In this document: positions 18,523 through 30,600 of the stretch, piece after piece
Numbering within the stretch: position 1 is the first letter of the stretch
Layout: the number at the start of each line of letters is the position of its first letter
Assembly (NCBI GenBank): GCA_004431415.1
Contig: QPMI01000023.1
Location: 62,001 to 126,000 of the forward strand
Reading direction: 5' to 3'
DNA from: Cyanophora paradoxa CCMP329
Lineage: Eukaryota > Plantae > Glaucophyta
DNA: 64,000 bases
Made by a program: the position numbers and the translations under genes
The notes under the pieces: generated by a model
Seen by the model: only the letters and a program-made list of their open reading frames with translations
The model's database searches: none
Told to the model about the DNA's origin: nothing

Positions 18523-21500
18523 CTAGTGGTGCCGGCGGGCGGGGAGGGAGGCACGCGCGGCGCGGTGCGGCGGCTGCTGCTGCTTGCCCGGCGGCGAGTG
18601 GCCCAGCGCGCCGTCCGAGTGCCGCGGCGCCGCCGGCTGGGCCGGCGAGGCCGGCACCGACGCGGCCACCGCCGCCACCGCCGCGACGGGGTGCGGCGGG
18701 CCCGCCGGCGCCGAGAACGGCCGCTCCACGAGCCCCGGCGACACCTGCGCCGCGCCGGGCGCGCCCTCAGAAACCGAAAAGGGCCCCGCGGGAATTCGAA
18801 CCTGAGCGACGGCCTCGACGCCCCCGTACAGCGTGGCGACGTAGGGCACCTCGGCTCGGACCAGCGCGTTCGCCAGCGCCACCGTGGCCTGCGGGGGTAC
18901 GCATTAAGGAAAAGGGGGGTACAGGGGTAGAAGATGGGCATGGGGGTACGGGGCCTGCGAGCGCACCTCCCAGGAGCCGCCGAGGACGACGACGGGGTTC
19001 GCCTCCCCCGCGACCGCCACCACGTCCGACTGCAAAAAAGAAAGGGCTCGAAAAAGAGAAGGGGGGGGGGGCGAAAGGGGGGTACCAGGTCGACATAGTC
19101 GCCGCGCTCGGCGGCGGCGGCGGCGCCGGGGAGCCTGCGAGGGCGCGCCAGCCTCAGCCAAGTTCCTAAAGGCCTAAAGGGCGGGGCGGGCGGGGGCGGG
19201 CCGGAGGGTGGAGAAGGAGGCGAGGCGGGCGGCGCGGGCGTCGGCCTCGTGGCGCCCGTCCACGACGAGCGCCGCCGCCCGCAGCTCCTCCAGCTCCCCC
19301 GCCCCGATCCCTGCCCGCCCAGGCATCAAGGCGATTAAAGGAGGCTCGGGGCGTGGGGGGCGTGGGGCGCGCACGGGGGGCGAGCTCGGTGCGTGCGCCG
19401 GGGGCGGCGGGGCCGTAGGGGCTGGCCCCGGCGGCCGGGGCGGGCTCGCGGGGGAGGCGCTGGAGGCCCCGATGGCCGCCCCGCCCGCGGCGGCGTCGCC
19501 TCCTGCGCGGAAACATTATCAAAAGAGAGGTAGGTAGAAGAAGGGGAGGGCTCGAGCTCGCACGCACCCCGGGGGTGGCGGGGGTCAGGGGGGCGCCGTG
19601 GGGCGGCGGGGGCGGCCCCGGGGCGACGGGGGCGTCGAGGACGGTGCGGGGAGTGCGGGCGAGGGCGGCGAGGGCGGCGGCGGAGACGCGGTGCACGTCG
19701 ACGTCCGGCAGGTTCGAGAAGAACGAGACGCACCTGCGGCGGGGCGGGGCGGGGCGGGGCGGGGCGGGGCGGGGCGGGCGTGAGCCCGAGCCAGGGCGGG
19801 GCCGCTCTAGAGCGGGAGGGGGAAGTTTCAAGCTTTCGGCGCACGCGTTGAAGTCGAGGTCGCGGAGCTGGCCCTCGAGCTCGCGGAGGAGCGCGCAGGC
19901 GACGAAGAGCGGCAGCGACGCGTGCCCCACCAGCAGCGTGTCCCACAAGTGCAGCACTGCCGAGAGGAGGTTGTTAACAGGGGGGCGGGAGGGGCGGGGT
20001 GGGGTAGGGCGTGCCTTTCTCGAGGGGGAGGAGGTGCGCGAAGGCCGTCAGGAACCTGAGAGGGGATGATATATATGGGGTAGGGGTACGATGGAGGACG
20101 AGAGAGGGCGGACCAGGGTACGGCGTAGAGCTCGGGGGCGAATCCGATCGAGTGGAGGTGCCACGCGAGCTTCGGCTCGTGGAACGCCAGCAGCTGGCTG
20201 CGAGGGGAGGGGGAAGAGTTCGGAGGGGGTACGCGTCTGGAAATAGGGGGGTGCCTGAATTTGCGGAAGACGGCCTGGAGCGCCGCGACGTTGTCGGCCG
20301 CGAAGACGCTCGAGAGCTGCCTCCGGACGAGCGCCTGGGGGGTACGCGATTCAGGAAGGCTCCTGGGGGGGACGAAGCGGGAAGACGGGGGTACCTGGAG
20401 GCAGGCGAGGGCACGGCGGGGGTGCGTGAAGTTGAGGATGACGAAGGGGGCCGCCAGGGAATCGATGCCCTGCCATCCGGGCTCGGCGGGGGTACGAGCG
20501 CGTTGGAATGGGTGAGAGGGGGGTACAGCACCTGCCAGTACACGAGGTGGGGATTGAGGGCGACCCAACGCTTGAGCACCCAGCGGAGCTTGGCGTGGCC
20601 TGAGGGGGTACAGGGGTCGGAACGGCGGCAGCATGGGGGAGTGGGGGTAGCGCACCCTCAGGGGATGCGAGGAGGGGGTGGTACTGGTGGCAGCGGGGAA
20701 TATCGACAGCGATCTGGGGGAGAGGGGCAAATTGGTCGGGTACGACGTTACTCGACGAGGCGCGGGGGTACCTGGTTGTCGGCGGGCGTATCGAAGTCGT
20801 CGTCGTCCTCGTCGTCGTACCCCATGCCGCCCTCACCCTCCGACGGATCGTACTCAGCCCCCGACTGCGCCGAGAATGCGTCCCCGTGGGAATTCATGTA
20901 CCCCCCGGGCCAGCGAACGCACCAGGAGGAGGGCGTGGTCGGGAGAGAGGGGGTGGGCTCCCAGGAGCACGGCCCATACCTCCGCCCTGACAAGCGGGGG
21001 TACGTCGACCTGCAGGGGTACGTGAGATTCGGAACGGAAGGAGACGGGGTACGGCGCGCCTTGGCCTCGCGGACGATGTCGGAGTGGGTGGAGGGGTACG
21101 CGGCGAGGAGCCGCCGGAACGTCGCGACACGGGCCGCCTGGGAGAGAGGGTAAGAATCTCGGCCGGGGTGCAGCGAAAGAGCAACGGAAGGGGGTACGGG
21201 CGCGCCTGGTAGACGGCGTCGAGCTCGCGCTCCTCCAAAGGGGCGGAGAGGGCGCGCTGCTGGGCCCAGGTCGCGCGGGTCCACGAGGAGGAGGGGGCCG
21301 GGCTGGGCGGCGAGGCCGGGCGCCGCCCCGCTGCCGTCGGGCTGTCGGGCGACACGGCGAGGAGCCGCCGAGCGGCCGCAGTGGACGCGGCGGCGGCGGC
21401 GGTGGCGGCCGGGGTACGGAGGAGGGAGGGGGCGAGGGAATCTAGGGGGAGTCGAGGATGGGGGGTAGGCTCTGCAGCTTGGCGATGTGCGCCGAGGAGG

Positions 21501-23847
21501 AGGCGGCCTTTGGGTCGCCCAGGAGGGCGGCCAGCGGCGCCAGGCTCACCACCGCCACCTGTACCCCTAGAGATTCAGAGGGAGAAGGGGTGGGACCGAA
21601 GGGGAAGGGGGCACGCGCCTCGGGCTCTCGCCGGTGCCAGGGGCCCCCTGAGGGCGGTCGGCGCGGGGCCGCGGCGGCGGGGCCCGCGCCGCGCCGCGCC
21701 GCTGACCGACTCGCCGCCGCCCTCTTCGTCGGAATCGCTGGGGTCGACGCTGCGGTAGAGCCGAGGGTACGGAGAAGGCCCCAGGTCGGGCCCGGGCCCG
21801 GGCCCAGGGCCGGGCTCCTCCAGGGCGACCAGCTCGCGGTCGGGTCGCCGCCGGCGGTGAGCCAGAGCTCGAACTGGTCGGCGAGGGGCAGGGCGAGCAG
21901 CTCGTCCCGCGTCATGGGCGAGACGGCGCCGCCGCTCCGGTTAAAGAGGTGCGGCAGCTGCCCGCGCACCGCCGCCGGCACGCCGCCCGCCGGCGTCGGC
22001 GGCGACCCGCGCGGCTGCGGCCCGAGGGCGGCGGCGTGCCGAAGACCGAGGCTGAGGAGCGCCTGGCGGGGGCGCTGGCGCTGTTGCTGTTGTCGCCGTC
22101 GCTGGCGCGGGGCGGGCGGCCGGCGCGCGGGGCGGAGGGCGGCGCCGAGGCCGGCCCGCTGCGCTGCAGCTCGGTCCACCACTCCTTCACCTGGAGCGAC
22201 GCCGACTTGAGGCGGGGCCGCCGCACCCAGACCCCCGTGGGGCGCGCCCCGTCCGCCCCCGCCCCCTCCTCATCGCTCCCGTCGCCGCCGCCGCCGCCGC
22301 CGCCGGCCACGAGCGACCGCGTGCTGACGGAGGAGATGGGTGCCGCAGCGCGGGGAGCCTCCGGTGCTGACGGGCGCCCAGCCGCTGCCGCCGGCCGCGG
22401 CGGCCCGCCTTAGGTACGGCTGCTGAAGCAGGTCCCGCGGGTCGGGGCGGAGGACGGGGTCCGGCGTGAGGCACTCCTCCAGGAACGCCCGGAACTCGCA
22501 GGCCGCGGGGCTCTGCCCGGGCAGCAGCCCCCGGATCCACGCCGCGACCTGCCGGACCTGAGCAGGAGCGGGGGGGAAGGGGATGGAGTCCGCCGGGGTA
22601 CAGACGGATCTGACCTTGGCCTTGGAGTGTTGGGCCCAGACCTCCCGCCGGCCGCCGGGGCAGCGCCGCCCGGGGCGGGGGCGATCGGGGAGGGTACGGC
22701 GGAGCCCGAGTCGTCGAGCCTCAGCGCCCTGCGGCGCGGCGCGCGGGCGTCAACGAGAGGGCCCGGGCAGGGGGGGTGGGGGCATGGAGGGGTACGGGCG
22801 CACGCGAGTCCGCCGGAGGCCTCGGAGGCGGAATCGTCCCCGGGTACAGAGACGCGCTCGCGGAGGGCGCGGAAGACGGCGGCGGGGTACCGTCCCCTCC
22901 CGCGGTCCAGGGGTTCTCCCCCAGGTAGATCTCCACGAGGATGGTGCCCAGGGCCCACACGTCGCTCTGCGCGGCGCGCGGCGGGTCAGGAAGGCGGGAG
23001 GGCGGGGCGGGCGGGGCGGGCGGGGCGGGCCTTCGATCCGTGCGGGCCGGAGTGCGAGGCGGGGCCCGAGGCCACTACTTCGGGTGCCATGTACTCGGGC
23101 CGGCTGCGTGCGGGCGGAACGGGCGGCGTCGGCCTCCGCCCAGCGCCCGGCGGCCCAAGCCGCGCGGATCGAATTCGAAGCGGGCGCACGCGATAGGCGA
23201 GTCGAGGAAGTGCCCGTGCGCGGTGATGTGGGAGAGCCCGTAGTCGCGTAGCTTGACGTTGCCCTGCGGCGCCGCTCGGCAGGCGCGGCGGCGGCGGCGG
23301 CTGGCGGCCGCGGCGCGCACGGCGTGGTCGAACGCGATGTTGTCGGGCGAGAGGGTCCCGTGGACGACGCCGTGCTCGCTGAGGAATGCGAGCGCACGGA
23401 CGATCTGCAGGCACGCGTTCAACACCGCGTCGCTCGACTCGATCAGCTCTCTGCGTGCGCGGGAAGCTCAGGGGCCGGGAGCCGAGCGAGCGAGCGCCGC
23501 GCGGCCCACCGCTGCGACCTCCAGCGCGACATGCGGTCCCGAAGTGTCGTGTGATAGTGCTCCGACACGACGTGCACGCAGCCTGCGCGGCGGCGCGTTG
23601 TCAGTGCGGCGACGAGCTGGCATGGTGCGGCGCTCGCCTCGCCGGCCCCTCCGCGCCGCGATGTACTGGCATAGGTTCTCGTGGAGCTTCGACAGCGAGC
23701 GGAGCTTCTGAAACCTGCGCGGCGGGATGTGCCTTCGACGGGACGCCCGCACGCGAACGCGCGCGTGCACCTGCCCAGGATCTTCGGGATGAAGCTCTGG
23801 CCCTTGGGGGAGAGCCGCCGGATCGCTATCAGCGGCGGCTCCGCCAT
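18523..23847 (-). CDS. TBCK: TBC1 domain-containing kinase-like protein (pseudokinase - TBC Rab-GAP - rhodanese-like)
   Basis: Kinase-like part: KILGR|FQKLRSLSKLHENLCQYI, HVVSEHY, ALAFLSEHGVVHGTLSPDNI, NVKLRDYGLSHITAHG, PEYMAPEV, SDVWALGTILVE. TBC: QIAVDIPRCHQYHPLLASPEG, LVYWQ|GIDSLAAPF, FHEPKLAWHLHSIGFAPELYAVPW, LHLWDTLL. Rhodanese-like tail: LVVDGR, PYVATLYGGVEAV. 3' end approximate. Confidence 0.9.
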
Positions 23848-24604
23848 CCTTCGAATTCAACCCCCTCGGCGGAGTCGAACCCGAGATCCGGCCGAAGATC
23901 TCACAGTTCCAGCTAAAGAACGACAGTCTATATCTAGATGTAGATCACTAGATCAAATCTGAATCGTAGCTCGAAACGGCGCGATGAATCGCCTGTGGAT
24001 TCGATAAAATCATTGATAATGTTGATGAACTCCGCAGCCGTGACGGGTACAGTGAGAACGGGGCTCGGACCGCCGCGCGCGCAGCGCTTTAGGCCCTAGG
24101 GGCCCCCGGGCCGATCGAAGTTAGGGCTAGCTTGCGGCTTGCCTACTAGTAGCTGTTGCAGCCTGCAGCTGTACATGTTGCAGCGCCGCGCCGGCGCTGT
24201 TGGTCTGCTGCTGCGGCAAAGCCTCTCGTGCTCCTCCACTGGGCCTCCAGGGCCATCGCGCATACGCCCCGGCCCTAGCTATAGGCCTAGGCTGGCCGCG
24301 CCGGCGCCTGTCCTTGCAGCGTTACGTATCTGCAGCTGGCTGCGCCATCATGATCAGCTGCAGCTAGCGCTGCAGCCAGCCATCGCTAGCGCTGGGCGCG
24401 GTGCGCATGCGCAACTCTACATTGTACAACAGCCCAGATCTAGAGCCGCTGAGCCGCAGCCGATGAGCCGTGAGCTCAGTTCAAGCGCAAGCGCGCGTGC
24501 GCGCGCAGCTGCAGCGCTCTAGCCGCTGAGCCCATCCCCGGCCTTCGCACCCCGCCGGGCCGCGCGGGCGGCGGCGCGCTGCGCAGCCTGCAGCTGGGAG
24601 CCAC

Positions 24605-27600
24605 ATGAATGGCCATGGCCAGTTCGCAAGATCAGCAGCCGCGCTGCGGGCCTTCGTGCCGGACTTGGTCGCGCGGAATGTGGGGCAGCTGGCCGCGTCG
24701 GGCGCCGAGCCGCTCGCGCTGCCCTTCGATGGCGTCGTGGTCGTGGTCGACATCTCGGGTCCGTGGCCCTCGCCCACGCGCTCCAGGTGCAGGAGCGCGG
24801 GGCCGCGGTCGGGTTCGACCCCGCCGCCTCCGCGTGCGGGCCGACGAGCTCTCCACCCGAATGAACGTGCGCGCGCGCCTCCGCTCGAAACCCGATGGAC
24901 ATGACCGCCCTAAACGCGATCGTACTCACTCATGCGATATCGGTCAGGCTGTCTTCCGCCGCGTGCTTGAGACCGCCAGGCTCTACCAGGCCGACGCTCT
25001 TCGGTGCGTGCGCCGATCCGGATCTCCGCACGCGCCTCGGATCCGGCGCCGCGCTGACACACGCGCGCGCAGATTCCTGGGCGACGCCGTCCTCTTCATG
25101 CTGTACGCCGACCGGGCCGGCGGGATGGCCGCCGCGGCGCTCGCCGCCGCGGACATGGCGGCCGACGTCCTCGCGGCACAGGCGAGCGGCCAGCGCGCGC
25201 CCTCCCGCCCGCGCCGCCGCCGCTCCGTGCTAAAGAGCGCCTCCGCCCCCCGGCCCCCGCGCAGGTGGATCCGGTTCTGAGGCGCGCGCATGTTTTTCCC
25301 TCTCTGCGTCTGCGTCTGCGTGCCCCTGGCCTAGTCCGGCCTGGCGCTCACGCGGATGCCGGATCGGAGCGCAGGCTGCACTGCGCGATCACCGCGGGCG
25401 ACTACTTCGCGCTCAAGCTGGGCGGGCACGCCGGCCGCTTCGAGGTCGCCGTCGTCGGCCGCTCCCTCGCCGACCTCGAGGCCGGTCCGCGTGCTCTGCG
25501 CGCCACGCCCGCCCGGCCCGAGCCGGGCCCCGTCGTGCGCGTCTCCGTGGCTCAGGCCTGCTGCGCCGCAGGGCTCTCGCGCGCCAAGGCGGGTCAGGTC
25601 TCCGTCAGCGGCGCGGTGCGCGCGCTCGGCCATGGCCTGCCGGTCCTTCGAATTCTGGCGGCCCGAGCGCGGGAGCCCGCGCGCGCGCAGGTCCTGTCTC
25701 TGCTCGGAATCTCTGCACGGCCGGCACAGGCGGGCAGCGCGGCCGCGGGACCCGAGCCGCGGGAGGTTCCTGCGGACGGCCTCTGGACCACGGATCGCGC
25801 GGAGCTTCTGCGGGCCCTCGGAGGGTCAGGGCGTCGGCCGCGCAGCGCGCCCGGCGGCCTCCGCCCTCCGCCTCTTCCATCCAGGTGCGACGCCGCATGC
25901 AGCCTGGCAGGGCGGGTCTCCGCGCCCGGCGGCCCTCACCCTCCGTGCCAGGCCTCGCGGCCCCAAGCGCTAGCGGCGGCGTCGGCGGCGGCCGGACTTC
26001 ACGCCCTACATACCCCCGACGTCGAGGCCGTCCTCCGCTCGGACTCGGGGCGCGTACCCCTCCCGATCCATCCATCACCTCGCACCCTCCCCTCCCCCCC
26101 TTCCCCATTCCCCCCCCCTCCCCGCCCCACACCACCCTCCCCTCCCCTCGCCCCTCCTCTCCCCCCCTCTCCCCCCCGCCCCTTCGCCCCTCGCAGCGTC
26201 CCGCTCCTGATCGGAGCGCGCGCGGCGCAGGTTTATCAGGGAGCTGCGGATCATCACGTCGCTCTTCCTGCGCTTCGAAGAGTTCGCGTGCCCGCCGGCC
26301 GGCGCCGGCGGCTTCGAGCAGGCGAGCGGCGCAGCCCGCCCGGTTGCGCGTGCTGGCGTGGGTCTGACGCGCGCGCGGCCGGGCCGGGGCAGGACTCCCT
26401 CCGGGACCTCAGCCGGCGCGTTCGCATCGCGCAGGCGGTGGCCGCTAAGTACGGCGCAGTCATCCGCGCCTTCTTCCGAGGTCCGCGATCGCGAAGCCCG
26501 CCCGCGCGCCTCGCGACTGCGGCGCCGGCGTTCATTGGCGCTCCCAGACGACAAGGGGTTCGTCGGCCTGATGACGTTCGGCCTGTTCGGATCGGCCCAC
26601 ACGGACGACCCCTTCCGTGCCATAAAATGCGCCCTGCGAATACGCGACGCCTTTGCAGAGGAGGTTCGCGAGTCGAGCTCTATTTGGGACCCGGCGGCGT
26701 TCTCGGGCGTCGAGTCTCGATATAGATCTAATTTGATCTGATCTGATCTGATCTGACGGCGGCCCCCAGGACCTCGGGGCGGTCTCGATTGGCATTGCGA
26801 CGGGGCGGGTGTTCGGGGGGCTCGTAGGGACGAATTCCGATGCGAGTACAACGGTGCGGGAGCTGGCCGCGGCAGCCATGCCTGCGCTCACTCTGCCCTG
26901 TGTGCATCTTGTGCAGTCCTCGGCGATGCGGTCAACACGGCGGCGAGGTGGGCGATGTCGATGTTAGACATTAATCCAAGCGCCTCGTGCCAGATCGCAG
27001 CTCTAGATCTGACCTCTGCGCGCAGGCTGATGGCGTGCAAAGGGGCAGATAATCGTGGACACGGCCACGCGGGAAGGGGCAGACACGGACCGGAATGTTG
27101 AGGCGGAGGCCCTCGCCCTCTCGATCTGAAGGCGCCTCGCCCATCTTTGAAAACACTGTGAAATATGCATGAAGTTTGACTTGTGGTCTGATCGCGATTC
27201 CTCGCAGGGAAAGCGCGGCCCATGCAAGCTTTTCGAGTCGACGCCAGGCGCCATCAACGCCACGATCACGCGCGGCACAGCCTGCGCGGCACGCTGCAGA
27301 TAGCGGTGGCGCTCGCCGGCGCGTTGGCGCAGGCGAGCGACGCGGGAGACGACTCGTCGGACCCGGACGACGAGGCTCTGGAGTGGGGCGACTGCGAGTA
27401 CGAGCTGGTTCGCGATTCGCGACTCGCGCCCGTCCCCGCCCTCGACTGCTCCCAGGCTCAAGCTCGCACATGTACAGGGCAGCGAGAGCGGCCGGCCGCG
27501 GAGCAAGTCGCTCTCGTCGCGGGCGCGGCGGTCGCTGATCGTGGACGAGGCGGAGCGCACATGTACAGCCGCTCGGGCTCGCTCGCCGCCGGGCGTGTCA

Positions 27601-30600
27601 GCGACGAGTGGATGCCGGGCATGGGCGCGGCGCTCGCCGCCCGCATCCGCGCCGCGGCAGGCGGTCCGGAGTCCTGCGTCCGCGGCAGGCCAGCCGCCCT
27701 CGACGCTCTCTCCGAGTTCCTCGGGAGCGGTGCGCCCCGGCCCTTCTCGCCCGCTTCTGCGACGCTGTGCCGACTCTCTCTTGGGACCAGCGGCGTGGAA
27801 GCCTGCCGGCGCCGGACTTTTGCTGGTGTTGGGCGAGCCTGGGTCAGGTGCGAGCTCCGCTGATGCCTCAACCTCCCGCCGTCGTGCATCGACGCCAGCG
27901 CTGTGCGCGCAGGCAAGTCCGAGATCGCGCGCGAGTGCCGCAGGCTGGCAGACTTCGCAGAGCTGCCGTACCTGGCCGCATCCGGCGACGCGCTGGAGGT
28001 GTCCGGTGCCCCCCGCCCTCCCTCCCTTCTCTGCGTGCGCAGTCGCGACGCCTCCAACTGACGCGAGCGCTCGCGTTTCCCGATCAGGCCCTTCCACGCT
28101 TTCGGAAACCTGCTGTGGTATCTGGTCGATTTGGCGAATTCGAACAAGGTGAGGTCACGTTCGTCGTCCTGCGGGGTGCGCCGCTTGGAACCCCGGCCCC
28201 GCACATTGATTGGCGTGCACGTACGCGTGCGAGCCGCCTCAAATCCACTCAGGAAACCGAATACGCCACCGACGCCAAGACGGAGGGCGAGGCTAAGCCA
28301 GCCGACACGACGTACGCGGGAGGCGGGGCTCTCGGTGGCCCGCCCAAGAGCAAAAGCGAGATCGCCGACCAAGCAACACCTCTCCCGTGCTCGCAGCCGA
28401 CGCTCCAGGCAGTGCCGCTCCCTTCCTGTGCGCCTGCAGCCGCTGGGACAGCAGCGGACCCGCCTGCTTCGTCTGCGCATGCAAAGCCTGTGCTTCGAAT
28501 TCGAAGGCCATCTCGAAGATTGTCTCTGGTGGAGGATCGCAACACGGGATCGCCCATACATGGGCCCGGGTTTTATGCCGCCCCCAGCGCTAGCGCTACG
28601 CGGACCGAGAGCGTTCAAACCTGCGCATCGCGCCTCATCACTGCGATCGACCCTGCGTTGGCCTCGAGCCACAACTGCGCGGTACGCCGCTTCTCGTCAA
28701 TCGTGCACATGGGTTTGAGAAAGAATATTGACGGCCTGGCGGGTAACATTGGGTTCGACCAGATTCTGACGGAGGCACTCTTGCTCAGCTTGCCGGAAGG
28801 CGGCCCCAACTGCAGCGATCGGCAGCAGGGGGTGCGAACTTGCGAGACTCGTGTCACTCAAAGGAGTGCGCTGAATTCGTCCTTCGACAGGAGTCGGCCA
28901 CCGGTACCAGCGGGGAGGCCGCGCTCATGTTTCTGGGCGAGCTCATCGCCGCTGTGCTCAGGGGCCTTCGGGTGGGCTTTAATTTTTGTGCCGTCCATCG
29001 CAAGCATCTGCGTGACGCTTGCATGTATGAATTCAATTTAGGCCATACTTGTCGCCGAGGATCTACACCACATGGATAGCTTGTCTGTCAGGTGGACGCA
29101 GCGCTTTAATTAATTGCAGTCCGCGCTTTTTTATGCTAATCGGGCCCGTCTCCTCGCCCAGACTGATTCGCAACCTCGCGCTGCGGTCGTGCGCTATTGC
29201 GACGCGTCCTTCAGATTTGGAGTTCTGGTTGCGCTCCTGTTCGGATTTTCACTTTTTGACTATGTCCGTATCTGCAGGGGCACGTCGATTCTTGCTACAA
29301 GCCGGAGCTTGCATGCCGTGTCGGAGCAGCTTTCCGCCCTGAAATTCAGGTGCTTGTCGTCTTATGTAATTACGGGTTTCTGGTGGGCGGCGACACTGAA
29401 ACGCCGCCGGCTAGCCCTCGGAGTAAAACGCTGACGCTCTCTCCGCTATCCCCTGGAGGTAATCAGCCGCGATGTAGCGAGTGCGCATGTGCGCCTGATT
29501 ATGTACATGTGTCGCAATCAGACGCTCGACAAGTCCTCGCGCTGCAGCTGAATGTGAAAGACCCAGAGCTCGTAAGCGACGCGCGCGCCTTCTGTCGTAT
29601 ATTATCGATTCGCGATTCAACCTTCCTTCCCTCAGATCCCAACTTGGCTCGCCTTGGCACTTTGCACCGCCGCCCAAGGAAATGCGTTTGCAATTTCGGA
29701 AGCGCGCTGAGCCTCCCCCCCCCCCCCCCACCCCCCCCCACCCACCCACCCCCACCCCCCCTCCACCTCCCCCACCCCCACCCCCCACCCACCCACCCAT
29801 GTCTTACAGCAATGATGCACTAATCGCGTCACGGCAGATTGCCCACTACATGGTCCGCCGTGAACTGCTGAAAGTCCGGGGCGGCAATCCTTGGACCGGC
29901 GAGGTGATTGTCGGCTTCTGTAAATTAAATGAAGCGCTCGGTTAATTACGCGTCCATTTTAAATTTGTCTCGCATGCGCAGGGGCCCTCGGTGGAGGTCC
30001 ATGCCTCCGTCCGTGCCGATGCTGACAAGGGCGGGTGCGCGGGTTGCTCTGACCACGAATCCGCTTCTGCTTCGCCCGGCGCGCGCTGAGCGAGCTCGCG
30101 GTCGCGCATGCGCGGCACGCAGGCTCTCCATCGTCCCTGACACGCTCGAGCGCCTCATTGTGTCCCGCCTGGAAGGACTCCCGGCCTTCGTTGCCAACGT
30201 CGCCAAGCGCTGCAGCGTCCTCGTGCGCACACGCACGCCATCGCGGGTGGCCTTGAACGGAGCAGCGGTGACCACCGTTGCCTCCATCCGCGCAGGGCGC
30301 TCGATTCTCGGTTCCGCTGGCTCTCTACGCCCTCGCGGAGGACTCCGAAGACGCGGCGTTGATTGACGCTCTAGTTCAGGCGCGCCACTCGAGCAGCAGA
30401 TCTAGAGAACGACGTGCTGTCGCTTGCGCTTTTTGACACTTACGCTTCCGCAGCTCGAAGCGGCCGGCATTTTTAGGCGGCTGGACATGGCGAGCAGTAG
30501 TGCTGCTACTAGTACAGGGCGTACGCTTTTGTGCAGGTGCGACCTGCGCTTCAGCTTGTGTATGGAGATTTACTTGGTTGGTCTCAATATTAATCTTTCT

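Noticed and set aside
23075-23425. Degenerate kinase motifs (HGT for HRD, DYG for DFG) as a sign of pseudogenisation
   Set aside because: TBCK is an established pseudokinase and these substitutions are typical of the family.
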